Of a stretch of DNA of 64,000 nt, positions 11,948 through 25,380 are shown piece by piece. The DNA comes from Felis catus (taxonomy: Eukaryota). The stretch covers positions 114,206,001 to 114,270,000 of the forward strand of contig NC_058368.1 in the NCBI RefSeq assembly GCF_018350175.1. The letters are read 5' to 3'. Both the position numbers and the translations under genes were made by a program. Each line of letters starts with the position of its first letter. Position 1 is the first letter of the stretch. The notes below the pieces were generated by a model, which made no database searches, was not told where the DNA came from, and worked only from the letters and a program-made list of their open reading frames with translations.

Positions 11948-12945
11948 ATTCATTCTTTCAGCCATTATTCATAGAAAACCTACCACAAAGAAAGATTCTC
12001 TAATAAGCACTGGTGATACAGTAATAAACAAAGAGACATGGTCCCTGTTTTCATGGAGCATATATTCAAGGAAGTAAAAACAAAAAACAAGTAATCAGAT
12101 TCATAAAATAATTTCAAAGAGTGCTAAGTGCTATAAAGAGAACAGGGGACTGCCATTTGCAACTACGTGGATGGAACTGAAGGGTATTATGCTAAGTGAA
12201 ATTAGTCAGAGAAAGACAAATATACGACTTCACTCATGAGGACTTTAAAATACAAAACAGATGAACATAAGGGAAGGGAAGGAAAAATAATACAAAAACA
12301 CGGAGGGGGACAAAGCATAAGAGACTCTTAAATATGGAGAACAAACAGAGTGTTACTGGAGGGGTTGTGGGATGGGGGATGGGCTAAATGGGTAAGGGGC
12401 ATTAAGGAATCTACTCCTGAAATCATTGTTGCACTATATGCTAACTAACTTAGATGTACATTTAAAAAAATAAATTAAAAAAAAAAAAGAAGAAGAGAAC
12501 AGGGGATGACATCACAGTGCCAAAAGGAACATGGTTTGGGGGAAGAGCGACTACATTGAATGGACTGACAAAAAAGGACTTTCTGAGATGGTGACATCCT
12601 AATTGAACATGGAAGAAGCAGCAGCTAACCTAGCATAGAAGATTTGGGGGAAGAGCATTCCTCCCCAACTGAGGCAACAGCCAATGCACAGGCCCTGAAG
12701 CATGGCATGTTTAAGGAACAGAAAATGAGAGTAGGATATGATAAAATGGCCTAAGGGCACAATAGGCAAGGTCTTGAAAGCCATGGTAAAGGGTTTATTC
12801 TAATTAAAGAGGGAAGCCACAAGGAGGCCTCTGAAGATAAGTAACAGTTTTAAAAGATAATTCTGGCTGCTATGCAGAGAATGAACTGTAAGACAACATA
12901 AGTTGAAGAAAACTGGAAAATTAGTTAAGAGACTAATGCTGGTCA
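11948..12945 (-). mobile_element. L2 remnant interrupted by an L1 fragment
   Basis: cattcatt end and catggtccctgttttcatggagc-type L2 3' sequence. Confidence 0.7.
12150..12492 (+). mobile_element. L1 3' end with 14-bp TSD
   Basis: TSD aagagaacagggga at 12136-12149 and 12493-12506. Confidence 0.9.
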
Positions 12946-13832
12946 ATTTAATACACTTATCAGTAACACACTCAAGGTAATGATTTTCACTGGTGGTTGG
13001 AAACTAGCATTAAACAAGGAAATACTTAATAGAATTGTACGGAAAAATTCTAAAGAGGTAAGAGAACTTATTTTAACCACAGGGGTGTAAACTCAATGAC
13101 CACAGGGACACTGTCTTATCCACTACTATAGGCTCAGATGTCTACAAGATTTGGTACTTAAAGATAATAAAAATTCTGTTGAATAAATTCAAATGAATAT
13201 ACCAAAATGTAATGCTCCAGATTATAAACCCATACTTGGTACAGATAATCTTTTAAGGATTAACAATTACCAAAAAGCATGCTGACTAAGCACCCACAAA
13301 GTAAATATAATTTAGCAACTACTGTACTGGGCCAAACCAACCCACTAACAAAGACTTAGTTTTAAATTAAAGACAATTTTTAGTCTCTGTAGTATAAACA
13401 GTTCGTTATGATAGTCTTTGATTAAATACCCACCAACAATTCTTAATGAAATACCTACCAAATCCAAAACTGCTTAATATTTGAAATGTATTTCAGATAA
13501 ATTTCATAACATCACCTATGAACATATACTTTACGGCCCCTTTCAAAACACTATTACTAACAGAAACACAAGAAAGACATCTGGAAGAATATAGAACTAC
13601 CACTTTGACCATAACTAAGAGAAGAACAAAATGAAGCTTTTATTTTTGCCAGTGTCTCAGATTTTAAATTATCAAAAATTATAACCATAATTCTCATAGA
13701 ATATAACTCTCATTAATTCATGTCATAGAATTATTAGTTCATGTAATTTTCATGTAATGAGAATACTAAAATAGTGAGAATAAAACATACTACTTAAATG
13801 CAAATATATTGTAAAAATGATGTGTTTTCTAC

Positions 13833-13914
13833 CTTTAATTTGCTTCCGCAGTTTAGTAAGCTCTGTCATCCATTTTAGTACCTTTGGATTGGCCGCAATA
13901 TCACTGTAGGAGGG
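13833..13914 (-). CDS. FAM13B: FAM13B exon, 82 nt ([27 protein letters not shown])
   Basis: ttcag|CCCTCC...AAAG|gtaga; phase 0 to 1. Confidence 0.96.
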
Positions 13915-14301
13915 CTGAAAAATTAAGGAACACTGACCCCTCTGTGGTAAGCAATAATTGTTCATTTATGCCCAAATAATATTTTACAGTTCCTACAGCA
14001 GAGATTTCGCCCAGTCCTTGCTTCATCTTACCTTATTTAATGTAGACAGAATGGGATATCAAGTAAAGCTCTCTCACAGCAGGGTGTAGCAACTGACAAA
14101 AGCCACATTTGAAAATGTCTTCTGACTCCAAGTATAGGATTCTTTTCACTTCACACGCTCTAATTAAATATCTCTCCCCTATCCCTCTCACTCCCGAACT
14201 TTCCCCCTGCTCCCCTTGCTACTTGTGGGTTTTGAGGAAACAGAAATAGCATTAATGTGGTTTGTTAATGTAAAGTATTTCCTTTAAAAATTATACAAGC
14301 T

Positions 14302-14505
14302 TGGGGCGCCTAGGTGGCAAAGTTGGTTAAGCGTACAACTCTTGATCTCGGCTCAGGTCATGGTCTCACAGTTTGTGAGTTCGAGCCTTGCGTCAGCCTC
14401 TGCGCTGATGGTGCAGAGTCTGCTTGGGATTCTGTCTCTCCTCTCTGCCCCTCCCCGGCTTGTGCTCTCTCTCTCAAAATAAATTTTAAAAACTTAAAAA
14501 AAATG
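14302..14505 (+). mobile_element. CAN-SINE
   Basis: Head, body and A-rich tail. Confidence 0.88.
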
Positions 14506-14768
14506 TTTTTAATAAAGTAATTTTCCATTTTCCATTAAAAAAATTATACAATCTTTTTCGCCAATGGAAATCTAAAAATACAATGGTAAGAATACTGGCC
14601 TGGAAATGAGGCGGCTAAGGATCTATATAATCTCAGTTCTACATGATCAGTATTTCTCTGTACATCTCAACTTCGCTATCTAAGGAAAGAGATGGACTAA
14701 TGCTCGCCAAAGAACTTCCTCCCAGTTCCAATAGTTCTACCAAACCCTGAACAATGCTATAAATTTAC

Positions 14769-14898
14769 CTTGTTATTTCTTTCCCTTTCAAACTGTTCCT
14801 CAAATTGTCTAATTTTTTTCTGAAGTTTCTTGACCAACTGATATGGTGTTCTATCTTCTCTTTTTTCATCTTTTGAACTGAAGGATGATCTTCGAATC
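14769..14898 (-). CDS. FAM13B: FAM13B exon, 130 nt ([10 protein letters not shown]...ERNNK)
   Basis: ttcag|GATTCGA...AACAAG|gtaaa; phase 2 to 0. Confidence 0.96.
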
Positions 14899-15027
14899 CT
14901 GAATTAAAACAAGAAGCAGATACTGTTAGTTCAAGTTATTATAGACGGTAGCTAGAGTTCTCGTGGGGTTCATGTCAATGTACAAAAATATCAAATTACT
15001 ATGAGATGTACACCTGAAACTAAGAGA

Positions 15028-15390
15028 TTTTTTTTTCATTTTATTTTTAAGTAATTTCTATACCCAATGTGGGGCTCAAACCTACAACCCTGAGATCAAG
15101 CATGCTCTACTGACTGAGCCAGCTAGGTACCCCTGAAACTAAGAGAATATTAATACTGTATGTCAATTTTATTTCAATAAAAAATAAAGAGGGGAGCCTG
15201 GATGGCTCAGTCAGTTAAGCATCTGACTCTTGATTTCGGTTCAGGTCACGATCTCATGGTTCATGAGATGGAGCCACACATTGGGCTCTACACTAACAGG
15301 GATTCTCTTTCCTCCTCTCTCTCTCTGCCCCTCCCCCGCTCACGCTCACTCACTCTGTGTCAAAATGACTAAATTTAAAAAATAAAAAAA
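15028..15390. mobile_element. Short minus SINE in an L1 3' stub, followed by a plus SINE (from 15191)
   Basis: TSD cctgaaactaagaga around the minus copy. Confidence 0.8.
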
Positions 15391-16011
15391 GAATATTAAA
15401 ACAAAAATAAAGAAGCTACCCAGTTGAAAATTGTTACCAACACTGTATCTCTTATTACTCTGATATAACATAATGCCATTTCCCAGAAGCAAATCTTTAA
15501 AGTAACATTAAAGAACAGGTAGTAAAAAAAACACCTTTCACAATAGTGTTACAGACCACAACATCAGGTTATGCAAGCAGTGTTGAAAACAATTTGTAAT
15601 CACTCAAAAGTCGTTTGGACAAAGGCCGAAAAGAAGCAAAGGTGCCTAGCAGCTCAGAGTTCTTTTTGTGTTCAAACTGCAAAGGAAAGGTTTTGACATT
15701 CAGAATCAATTTAGTTTTGACAATAAAAACATTAGGGACTGGTGAGCTCCACTTGCTGCTTCCCTTCCAGAGTTTTTTATTTCAGTCATAAGTGAATAAA
15801 TGAGTATGTACACTGTGAGGAAATGTCTATTAGAGAGCGAACCCTCAATGAACTCAGAATTTAGGGGAAGGGGCCCTTCCCAATAATTAAAAATGTTTTT
15901 CATGATACAGGGGGAAAGGCTGTGAACAGCAAAGTCTAGAGGATCAAATCTCTCAAAGGACCTGGTGACATAATAGGAATGACCTCTCATAAGTACATAA
16001 AAATAATGCAC

Positions 16012-16222
16012 CTAGTAAAAGAAAGTGCCTTAGATGAGGAATCCAGTGTTTCTGGGTCATGAAGGAAACGCTGGCTTTGCCCAAAATCTAAACTACGGTG
16101 CGATAATATTGGGGGACAGTCCTCTTCCAGGGGGTGATGATTCATTCTTCCAGCTTGTGGAGAGAGCTGAGCTTCTCCAGAGTCAGAGTCTTCCTGCCAA
16201 GACTTAAAAGCAGGAAATGGCT
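16012..16222 (-). CDS. FAM13B: FAM13B exon, 211 nt ([13 protein letters not shown]...ALSFTR)
   Basis: tacag|AGCCA...ACTAG|gtgca; within ORF 15987..16271; phase 1 to 2. Confidence 0.96.
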
Positions 16223-17621
16223 CTGTAAAACAAACACAAAGAATAGTACCATGGGTCTCTTGGCTCCACATGGAAAAAAGTCACACAATTATCAACTATG
16301 TTGTCTTTAAATCATATTATGCAGTGGTTCATATAATATTTATTGTACACTTTTTTTAAAAAACAAGGGATACAGGATCTTCATAAAGCCTATTATAGTG
16401 TATAATTTTCTAAGCTTCATTTTTCTTGTTTAGCTCAAGAGTTCTATTTTCATAGAAGGAATTACACCTTAAATTTCTGAACCCAGTCACAAAGCAAGAA
16501 AAAACACTGTCAAGCTCTTTAAAGTTATATTAGTTATTATTTTTGAAGTGCTGTTTTAGAAACAGTAAACACTCGATAGCCCTCAATAATAGCTGCCAGG
16601 TGAATAAACTATGCCTCACTGTCAAGTGGCTATGTTAAAAGTAGAAGCCATTCCCCATACTATTTACAACACTCACCAAACGGAGCTCTCTGACCCCAAA
16701 AGAATTCTTAACATTTCCAAATGAGGAGCTAACTAACCTGACAGCACCTGGCCACTGGCATTAAATTGTGGTTATTTTCTATTACAGGATTCCTATGTTT
16801 AATATGTATCCTAATAATTAAAACCCAACAGTATTACTGACAAAATTTATCAGCATTAAACCTTAAGCACATTTATCTTAGTGGAGTTATCCCATCTGTC
16901 ATCAAATGAAACCACACTGATATATTTGATGTCTGTGCACACATAAGGTTTGATTACATACAGAACACATACAGATAAACATACAATCCACAAATATACT
17001 CCAAATACAAAAATATAAGTGTCACTGAAGTCCAGAAGGGAGAAAAACTTTTCCATCTACACATTAATTTTATTTATAACTACAATTTAAAATTCTGATG
17101 TATGGCCATTAACAATAGCAAAAATGAGTTTTTAAGTATTTTTGGATGCAAAGATGGCTTGACAGTGTCAAAAATCAATGCTGTTCTTTTCTTTTTCTTC
17201 ACACAAGTGAATAAAATTACTTTAGTAATTTAATTTAACTTTATACGTTAGCAATTTAAAGCATTACATTTTTTTCCAGGGTAATAAGAACATAATATAG
17301 TTTGTTTTTAAAGCCCAGATCAATCTGATAACTAAAAATTGGGTACAAAGCGTGCAATCCCACAACAAACCCAGCAATAAAGTGATTTTCAAAGCAACCC
17401 TTGTACCTGCTCCCCAGCAAGTAACTGGTAATAAACATTTTATGAGAAATCTCCTGTTTTAAGAAAAGAGAGAAATAATAAAAACAATTTTTTCTGGGTA
17501 TCATTTTTAACCCAGAACAGTTTTCCTAATATATGGGGACAGCAGGAGAAGGGCTCATAAAAAGGCAAACAAAGTGAACCATAAAAAGGCAAAAAACTAA
17601 ACTATGGTGAACCATACTTAC

Positions 17622-17687
17622 CCTCCCCATCTCTCTGCAGATGCATTGTTTTGAAATCAATGAGGGGAAAAGTGATAGGGCATGACG
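17622..17687 (-). CDS. FAM13B: FAM13B exon, 66 nt, symmetric (ASCPITFPLIDFKTMHLQRDGE)
   Basis: attag|CGTCATG...GGAGG|gtaag; phase 1 to 1, skippable in frame. Confidence 0.9.
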
Positions 17688-19837
17688 CTAATAAAATGGA
17701 AAAAATGGCAAAAAATACTAAAGTGAACACACAGCACAGTCAGAACAAACCATACACATAACTAACACAAAGCCAAAGATACCAAAAACATTTCCCTAAA
17801 ACCAGTTAGGCATTCTGCTCAAAAACTTTATTCAAAGAAATTACTACTAACCAAACTTTAAAAACAAACACAAACATACATTTCCATTTCAGCAAGCAAG
17901 GCAAAAAAATCAAAGTAGTGCTGTTTTATTAAAACTCAAACATAAAACTGAAGAAATGGAAACTCTTAACCAAGTACTGTTTGAAGCTTTTCAGTATAAC
18001 GGATTTGACAGAAAAATACCTCCCTTAGTTTGCTCTTTAAAAAGATCTTATTTGTCTTTCATTCAAGAGTTAGCAGGAAAGAATCTGAAGGAAAGATATT
18101 GCCCACTTTCATTGAAAGCCAAAAACTTCTAAACGGCTGCTACAAATTCATACTGGCAGTAGACATGTGCTACCTGCTTGCCAACTGCATTCTGTTGACA
18201 ATCCTTCAAACAATACAAAAAACAAAACCCACACACTAAGGAAGAGTGAGGTGGGCTTCTATTTGGAGTGACCCCACTTGTCTATGAAGAGTCGTATCAA
18301 ACAAAGTAGGTCTCTGATTCTAAGGTATCTAGAGTCTAAAGTAATTTGGTCTCTTAAGGAAGTCTTTCCTTAGAATACCCTAATTCCTAGATATACAAAA
18401 TTAATCTTTGTATTGGTGGCAAAGTTGGAAGCAAAAACAAGGTCTGCTAACAGCCACTTTTTCGAGCACATGCAGGGTTCATGGCTGGGTTCACTCAAAG
18501 GGCTACTACCACTGGCTCTCTGAAAGTCACCCTATTCCTATGAAAGCCAGCAGGAGGCCTATGTGGATTTTTAACAGTGGTTGAGCCAGGTTTATAACAG
18601 GGCAGCTGAGGCACTGAAAATTAGAGGTCTATAGTTACTTTCTTTCCCTACCACAAGTTGTAAGGAGTAGATTCTGACAGGGAAACTGCGAGCCCAGCAT
18701 TAAGTTGTCTTTAGGTAAGCCTCCAGAAAGCTGACGCTGAACACAGAAAATTCTGCCTCCTCACACACTGGAAAACAACTGCTCTTCTATGCTTATAAAA
18801 CAAGATCAGGACCCCCAGGCCAAAGATTATAAAGAGCTATTTATCTGCATTCTCCAAAAGGGAGAAGCATCAGGCCTCTGTCAGAATCCCAGCCTCATCT
18901 TTTAGGGACTCCTTTCCTATTATGGCTCCAGGGATCCTCTGTTAACACCACTTCTTTTCAGTGACTATGCCAGGATATATAAATGAAAAGGGACGTGTAA
19001 TCTTTACTGCCTTTAGATGCTAACATATTCCAGAATTCTGGGGAGCATCTTCATAAATTCCAAACATCCTAATAACCCGGAACAAAGCAAATGAAAGACA
19101 ACTTCCTGATTTAGTCTAAGTAAGACATGATTTAGTCTAAGTTAAGACACATAATATGCCACTGGGCATGCCAAACATCTAGAACAAAAAAATAAATAAA
19201 AAAAAAAAAAAAAAAAGGAGGGGGGTGGAGAGACAGCAGTAAAGATTGGCACAGACAATGACTTGGTTGGGGCTTTTAAAAAAATAGCTATACCTTAAAA
19301 ATAAACTCCAATTGTGATCAAATGAACAGACTTGAGGTGGCAAACGGAACCTGTGGTATTAGCACTACAATTCTTGTTATTGCCACTGTATGTCATCAGC
19401 TAACTTGCCAAAGGTAAGATAACCAAGGGATCTTCATCCAAGCAAACAAATAAGTAACTTGAAGATTCCTCAGTTGTCTCAATGTCTCTTTTACTTAGAA
19501 AGTTATATGATCCCATACCCCTAGATCCAAATTTGTTGCTGGCTTCCATTCCCCCACCCTCAACATTTTATTTGAAAGTTTATAAACAGACAGCAAAGTT
19601 GAAAAAATTTTACAGTGAACATCCATACACCAATCACCTAGATTCTACCATTAACATTTTACTATACTTGCTTTATAAACATTTATCCATCCCATTAACT
19701 ATCTTATTTTTTTCATGAATTTCAAAGTAAACTGCAGGGAATGAAATACTTCCCCATAAACACTTTAGCATGCAAATCATTCACTGGAGTTCAATATTTA
19801 TTTAGGTTTTGCATCTTTTGATTAAAAAAAAAAAACA

Positions 19838-20055
19838 GGGGCGCCTGGGTGGCGCAGTCGGTTAAGCGTCCGACTTCAGCCAGGTCACGATCTCGCGGTC
19901 CGTGAGTTCGAGCCCCGCGTCAGGCTTTGGGCTGATGGCTCGGAGCCTGGAGCCTGTTTCTGATTCTGTGTCTCCCTCTCTCTCTGCCCCTCCCCCGTTC
20001 ATGCTCTGTCTCTCTCTGTCCCAAAAATAAATAAACGTTGAAAAAAAAAAAAATT
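19838..20055 (+). mobile_element. Young felid SINE
   Basis: CpG-intact, A-rich TSD ending aaaaca. Confidence 0.93.
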
Positions 20056-20684
20056 AAAAAAAAAAACATATCCAGTGAAATCAACGTCTTAAGTGTACAT
20101 TTGCTGAGTTCTAACAAATAAATATACACATGTGGCTTGCTTTTTAAATTTAAACTTTCCTCCTCTGTAAAAAATGATAGGACTCTGTTCTCATACTTTC
20201 ATAACCTAATATACAGATGCAGGGTTATGGGACAGTATTTGCTTAGGAACGCCTTTGAAGATCATTTTGCAAAAAAGTATTCCTGACGATCACAGAGAAA
20301 AGGTAGCTACCTATAAGGCTTCTGTTTACAAAATGGTGAGATCCCCAAGCCCTAACATACAAGATTTCCAAAGACCGGGAGGCAGAACCTGGTTTAACAG
20401 TTAACGAAAGCCTATACTGGGGGATTTTATTTTTTTAATCAGTTCTAACTTCATCTTCAAAGCTCATGGATCAGATAAGAATTTCGAGTTTCTATGAGAT
20501 AGTCACCCTACAATCTCATTAGTGCAGTCGAGTAACAACACTCACTCGCTCCTCTTACATGAAAGAGAAAACAGAAAGTCGAAATGAATCAGGTTGTCCA
20601 AAAAGAACAGTAATCTCATTATTGCTTTAAATAATTTCAGTTACAAACAAAAATATCAGGAAAATAATGTGTGGCTAAAATTAC

Positions 20685-20835
20685 CTTCCCATTTATCACC
20701 ATCAGAAACATTCTTCAGATCTAAATGTGGAATTTGGGTTCCACATGCTGCTTCCCCTTGAACACCAACACTTTGACCTCCTGGCACTTCTGATTCAGTG
20801 TTGGCATTCAAATCACATATCTTGCTACTAGAATC
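20685..20835 (-). CDS. FAM13B: FAM13B exon, 151 nt ([10 protein letters not shown]...DGDKWE)
   Basis: tacag|GATTCT...GGAAG|gtaat; within ORF 20656..20907; phase 0 to 1. Confidence 0.95.
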
Positions 20836-21233
20836 CTGTATTTTAAAATAAAAAATACATTTCACAACCACAAAGCTTTTCTCACTCAGCTTAAAAACAA
20901 GCAGCATACATCCTTGGATGGTTTCCTTCAGTCTACTGTGCCCATGTACTCAGCTGTCCCACTTCCACCCTCCGAACTATTTGCAAATATACACCTGCAG
21001 TTTGATAATATGTACTAGTGGAAGCCAAAGTTTGAATCCCAAATTTAGGAAGTGTTTTCATAAACAAGTTTCTTACGACTAAAAGTCACTACTTAACTGT
21101 AAAATATATGGTAAAGAGAATCTAGATTTAAGTCTCCTATAAACCTTTCAATCCAAGAGTTAAAGGCCAGATATAATAACTGGTAGATTAAACTTAGTCA
21201 AATTTTTAAGAACCATAAGAAAAAATAACTTAC

Positions 21234-21282
21234 CAGAATCAGGTGTGACAATGTATCACTGTCAAATGACACATATTCTTTC
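21234..21282 (-). CDS. FAM13B: FAM13B exon, 49 nt (KEYVSFDSDTLSHLIL)
   Basis: tttag|GAAAGAA...ATTCTG|gtaag; phase 2 to 0. Confidence 0.92.
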
Positions 21283-23465
21283 CTAAAAATACAAGTACAG
21301 TTATTAGTCTTTTAAGAATAAATAGATTACTACCATTGCATTTTTTTTTTTTTTTTACCTAGATTCCTCTCTTCCCCATATACTTAGCGTTTACAATGTG
21401 AGAGAAAATGACAACTGGACATATGCCCATTCTTTGGAGCCCTATATCTGAAAATCACACACTACTGAAAAGATCCACAGAATTACTTCAGGTTTAGAAA
21501 AATTAACATCTGCCATCCTCCCACACAACCACCCCTCAAAAGAAAAACATCTAAAAAGGAAATTTAAATCCACAATAAATAGAAAACAAAAGGGTTGAAT
21601 GTCAAATGGAAAAGATTTTGTAAAGTAAATATTAGTTTTAATTGAATAGCTTTATTATCCCCAACTCTGAGACTTTTTGTTTTTCCTTTTGAAGATTTTT
21701 TTTAAAGGTATAGCTATAGTCCTGTTTTTTTTTTTTTATGGTCCTGTATTTTAAATCTGATTGTGTTCTATCACAATCAAAACAAGACAACTACTTCTAG
21801 ACCTCTCCTTCCTCAAAACATAATGGTAACATGTAAAAAGGAAATTTAAAATTTCAATTCACCTCTTATTCCCCTATAAAAATGAACCCCTATTTAGAGC
21901 AAGTATTAGAGCAAGCTGTCACAAATGATCTCTAACTATCTGACCAGTCAACAGAGCATCTAATCTCATAACGGGTTAAAAGTTTTCCCCAAAGATATGG
22001 TTATAATTTACAATGATACACACAGATGCTGCTTCTATCCTGCCACAACAGTGTGTACCTAGAAGACAGGTCTTGATCTAGCTATTCCAAGTCATCTCCT
22101 CATATATGTAATTACCTTATTCTTCCTGAGCATGAGAAATGACCTAAATTCCCTGGCAAGCTCAAAGGCAAGCTTCCTTTGATTAGAGTGGGAGCAAATG
22201 GCGGAACTCAAGTCTTCTACCTTGAGACTACAAAAGACCCGATCACCTTAATTTGAGAAACATGAGTGTTAAACATGCAAAATGTAATCCATCTAACCAA
22301 GGAATTCTTTGGATCTAAAAACAAGTTTGCTAACCTATACACAAGTTGAAGAGGAAAGATCTTTTCCAAAAAGATTGAGTCCTCACTAAATGGATCCTTA
22401 TTGTTCTACCAAATCCAGATGTCATCATTCTGGGGATGCCTGTTAATGTTGTTAATCTTATATCTTCAGCCCATAGCTCCAATACTCCCTGGGCTGGAAG
22501 AGGATCATTCCTGCCTCCTGAAAGGAAGCACAAGGAACTGCTGTAAGCAGGAAATCTGTGGACCTTCAGAGTATGGAGACACTCCAGAGACATGGCTCCA
22601 AAGAATTTACTTACCCTCAGAGTACAGGTTTCCTATTCGCAATTAAGAAAGACAATGGCATTAACACAAGTTTACCCTTGCCAACACGCTATCACCAAAT
22701 CAGTAATGTTGTTTCAGAATCCTCAGTATTTACATTCTAGTCTGTGTTCATTACTGATGTGTTTTCTAAATACTAAATCATCTTTCCTAAATCATCTTTC
22801 CTAAGAAAGTTATAATACATTTCTTGGCAATGTCTCAGGGAATCAGAAAAAGGGTAACAAGACCAAAACCTACTCAGTGACTTAAAATATTCTAGAAAGC
22901 TTCTGCTCAAAAGAACTCTATCAAGTATCTATGGAGACCACATATGGCTGAACTACTCATTGCCTCAGGTATCTCCCTCCCATTTTTGCTGGCCAATGAG
23001 GAAACAAGCACAAACTGCATTAAGAGTGCACTAACCTGGGACACACCAAGGAGGAGCTGGAAGGGGAAAAAACCATCCTGTACAAATGTGTTAAAACAAA
23101 TATACTATAATCTTTCAGTTAGTTATCCACAGTTCTATGCCTATGAATCAACTTACTGAAAAGTGTATTCAGAATATCCATAAATTTCCAATTGTTCTAC
23201 AAACCAATTGAAAGTTTTTAAGTGTCTCCAAGAAAGCTCTGTTCTTCCCTCTGAATATTTTCCAAGTTATAATTAATGTCTGTCTGAACCTGTAGCCCCA
23301 CTGAATATTTATGAATATTCTTCATGCATACCATTAAAATAAGAAGTTGGTTTTTTAGATTATCAAAAATGTTAATAGATTCATGTAAAAATTTCACCCC
23401 CAAATGTGTAAAGGGCTCCAATTCTCAAAATGACCAATTAATTAGTAATGAGAGGAAATGCTTAC

Positions 23466-23530
23466 CCCTCAAGACAGCCATCTTCACTGTCACCGTGGTC
23501 ACTGCATGGCTCTAACAGTATACCTACAGA
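23466..23530 (-). CDS. FAM13B: FAM13B exon, 65 nt ([21 protein letters not shown])
   Basis: gtcag|TCTGTA...GAGGG|gtaag; phase 0 to 2. Confidence 0.93.
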
Positions 23531-24244
23531 CTGACAAAAAGAATACCACTGCTGTATTAATGGAGCTCCCAACACTCATATATGAAAGGAAATTTCCAAA
23601 CTAAATTCTATTAGATTACAAGTCAGTCAAACGCCCCCTTTTAATTCTTTGTAATCGTCTTTAAGTATTGACATCCCTTTTAACAGAGAATAAGTTATCT
23701 TTCTCAAAACTTGAGGCATGTGTGCATGTGTGTGGATGTGTGTGTAAAACGGAGACCCTGTATTCTCACTACACTATTAAGAGGTACTACAGTTACTATC
23801 ACATTCCTTTTCCTTCCTTAGAACTCTTTCCTCCAAAAAGGATAGCTTTATTGTCCTACCTGCCAACTGCTGCTTCTCTTTCTTCCCAGCCACAAACATG
23901 TTAAGTTGGTAACTTCCTAGCAGGTAACACAGAAATCATTTGGTTCACCACATCCCCTTATCATATACATTTGAAATAACAACTGTAAACCTCAGAAACA
24001 CATGAGAACACTCCCCCTATTTTCTAATGAGTCTAAGGACACCATCCTATTCCTGTTCCTTCCCCAGATACTTACTGAGCCTAATAAAAAAATCCTGTGC
24101 ATTACTACAAATTATGTAAACTCTTCAGTGTTTTTGAGAATCACTTCCAATCAACAGTTCAATTCTTAACAAACTATTTGTCCAGTTTTAATATGAAAGA
24201 CAGTTCATAATTATCTGGAAAAAGCTATTAAATTACTTTTCCAT

Positions 24245-24863
24245 TTTCCAACTAAATATCTCTTTGAGGTTGAATTGGTTTCATGCACTTCAAACAAAAG
24301 AACCTATAGCAACAGACTGAATGCAGAAGCAGATATGAGAATCCAACTTGACTTTTATTAAGTCAAACAAGCATTAATGATATTTGTAAATATGTAAAAT
24401 AATACCATTCCTCAAAGTAAAAAAATGTTTTATGTAGCTTTTTTTTTTTTTAACATTTATTTATTGTTGAGAGACAGAGACAAACACAGCATGAACAGGG
24501 GAGGGGCAGAGAGAGACGGAGACACAGAATCCGAAGCAGGCTCCAAGCTCTGAGGTGTCAGCACAGAGCCCAACATGGGGCTTGAACCCACGAACCGTGA
24601 GATGACCTGAGCCTAAGTCAGACGCTCAACCGACTGAGCCACCCAGGCGCCCCTATGTAGCTTTTTATTAAGCTTTTTATTAAAAGCAACCTTATTTATA
24701 GTAACTTGAGTGAGTTTAATAAACATTTTTTTAATTTTTCAATTTTAATTTTTAATGTGGTAAATAATAATCAATACACCTATGTAAATAAAATCCTTCT
24801 AGTATGTTCAATAACTCTTAAGAATATCAAGAGATCCTGAGACTCCAACCGTGAGAACCACTG
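24245..24863. mobile_element. hAT-Charlie1-like DNA transposon remnant with nested minus SINE (24443-24653)
   Basis: ctgaatgcagaagcagatatgagaatcc and terminal gagaaccactg; SINE TSD tatgtagctttt. Confidence 0.7.
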
Positions 24864-24979
24864 ATCAGACTTCAGCAACCTCTCTGCTCTGGAATACAGC
24901 TTTACAGTCTTAAATATGAAGGCATCTGGGCTCGGGAAATAATCATTACCTAGACCCAAGATTTAAAATGAGCCTTGGT

Positions 24980-25380
24980 GGGGCACCTGGGTGGCTCAGT
25001 CAGTTAAGTGTCAGACACGTGATTTCAGATCAGGTCATGATCTCACAGTTCATGGGTTCAAGTTCCACATCACACTCCAGAGCCTGCTTGGGATTCTGTC
25101 TCCCTCTCTCTCTAAAATAAACATTTAGGGGCGCCTGGGTGGTGCAGTCAGTTAAGCGTCCGACTTCAGCCAGGTCACGATCTCGCAGTCCGGGAGTTCG
25201 AGCCCCGCGTCAGGCTCTGGGCTGATGGCTCGGAGCCTGGAGCCTGTTTCCGATTCTGTGTCTCCCTCTCTCTCTGTCCCTCCCCCATTCATGCTCTCTC
25301 TGTGTCCCAAAAATAAATAAAAAAATAATAATAATAAAATAAAATAAAATAAACATTTAAAAAAATTAAAAATTAAAAAA
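24980..25380 (+). mobile_element. Older SINE with young SINE (25128-25344) in its tail
   Basis: TSD taaaataaacattta at 25113-25127 and 25345-25359. Confidence 0.9.

Noticed and set aside
19107..19149. Short tandem duplications (also about 22773-22804, 40440-40510, 53676-53722) as CRISPR-like arrays
   Set aside because: Two to four adjacent degenerate units without unique spacers; ordinary slippage in eukaryotic intron.
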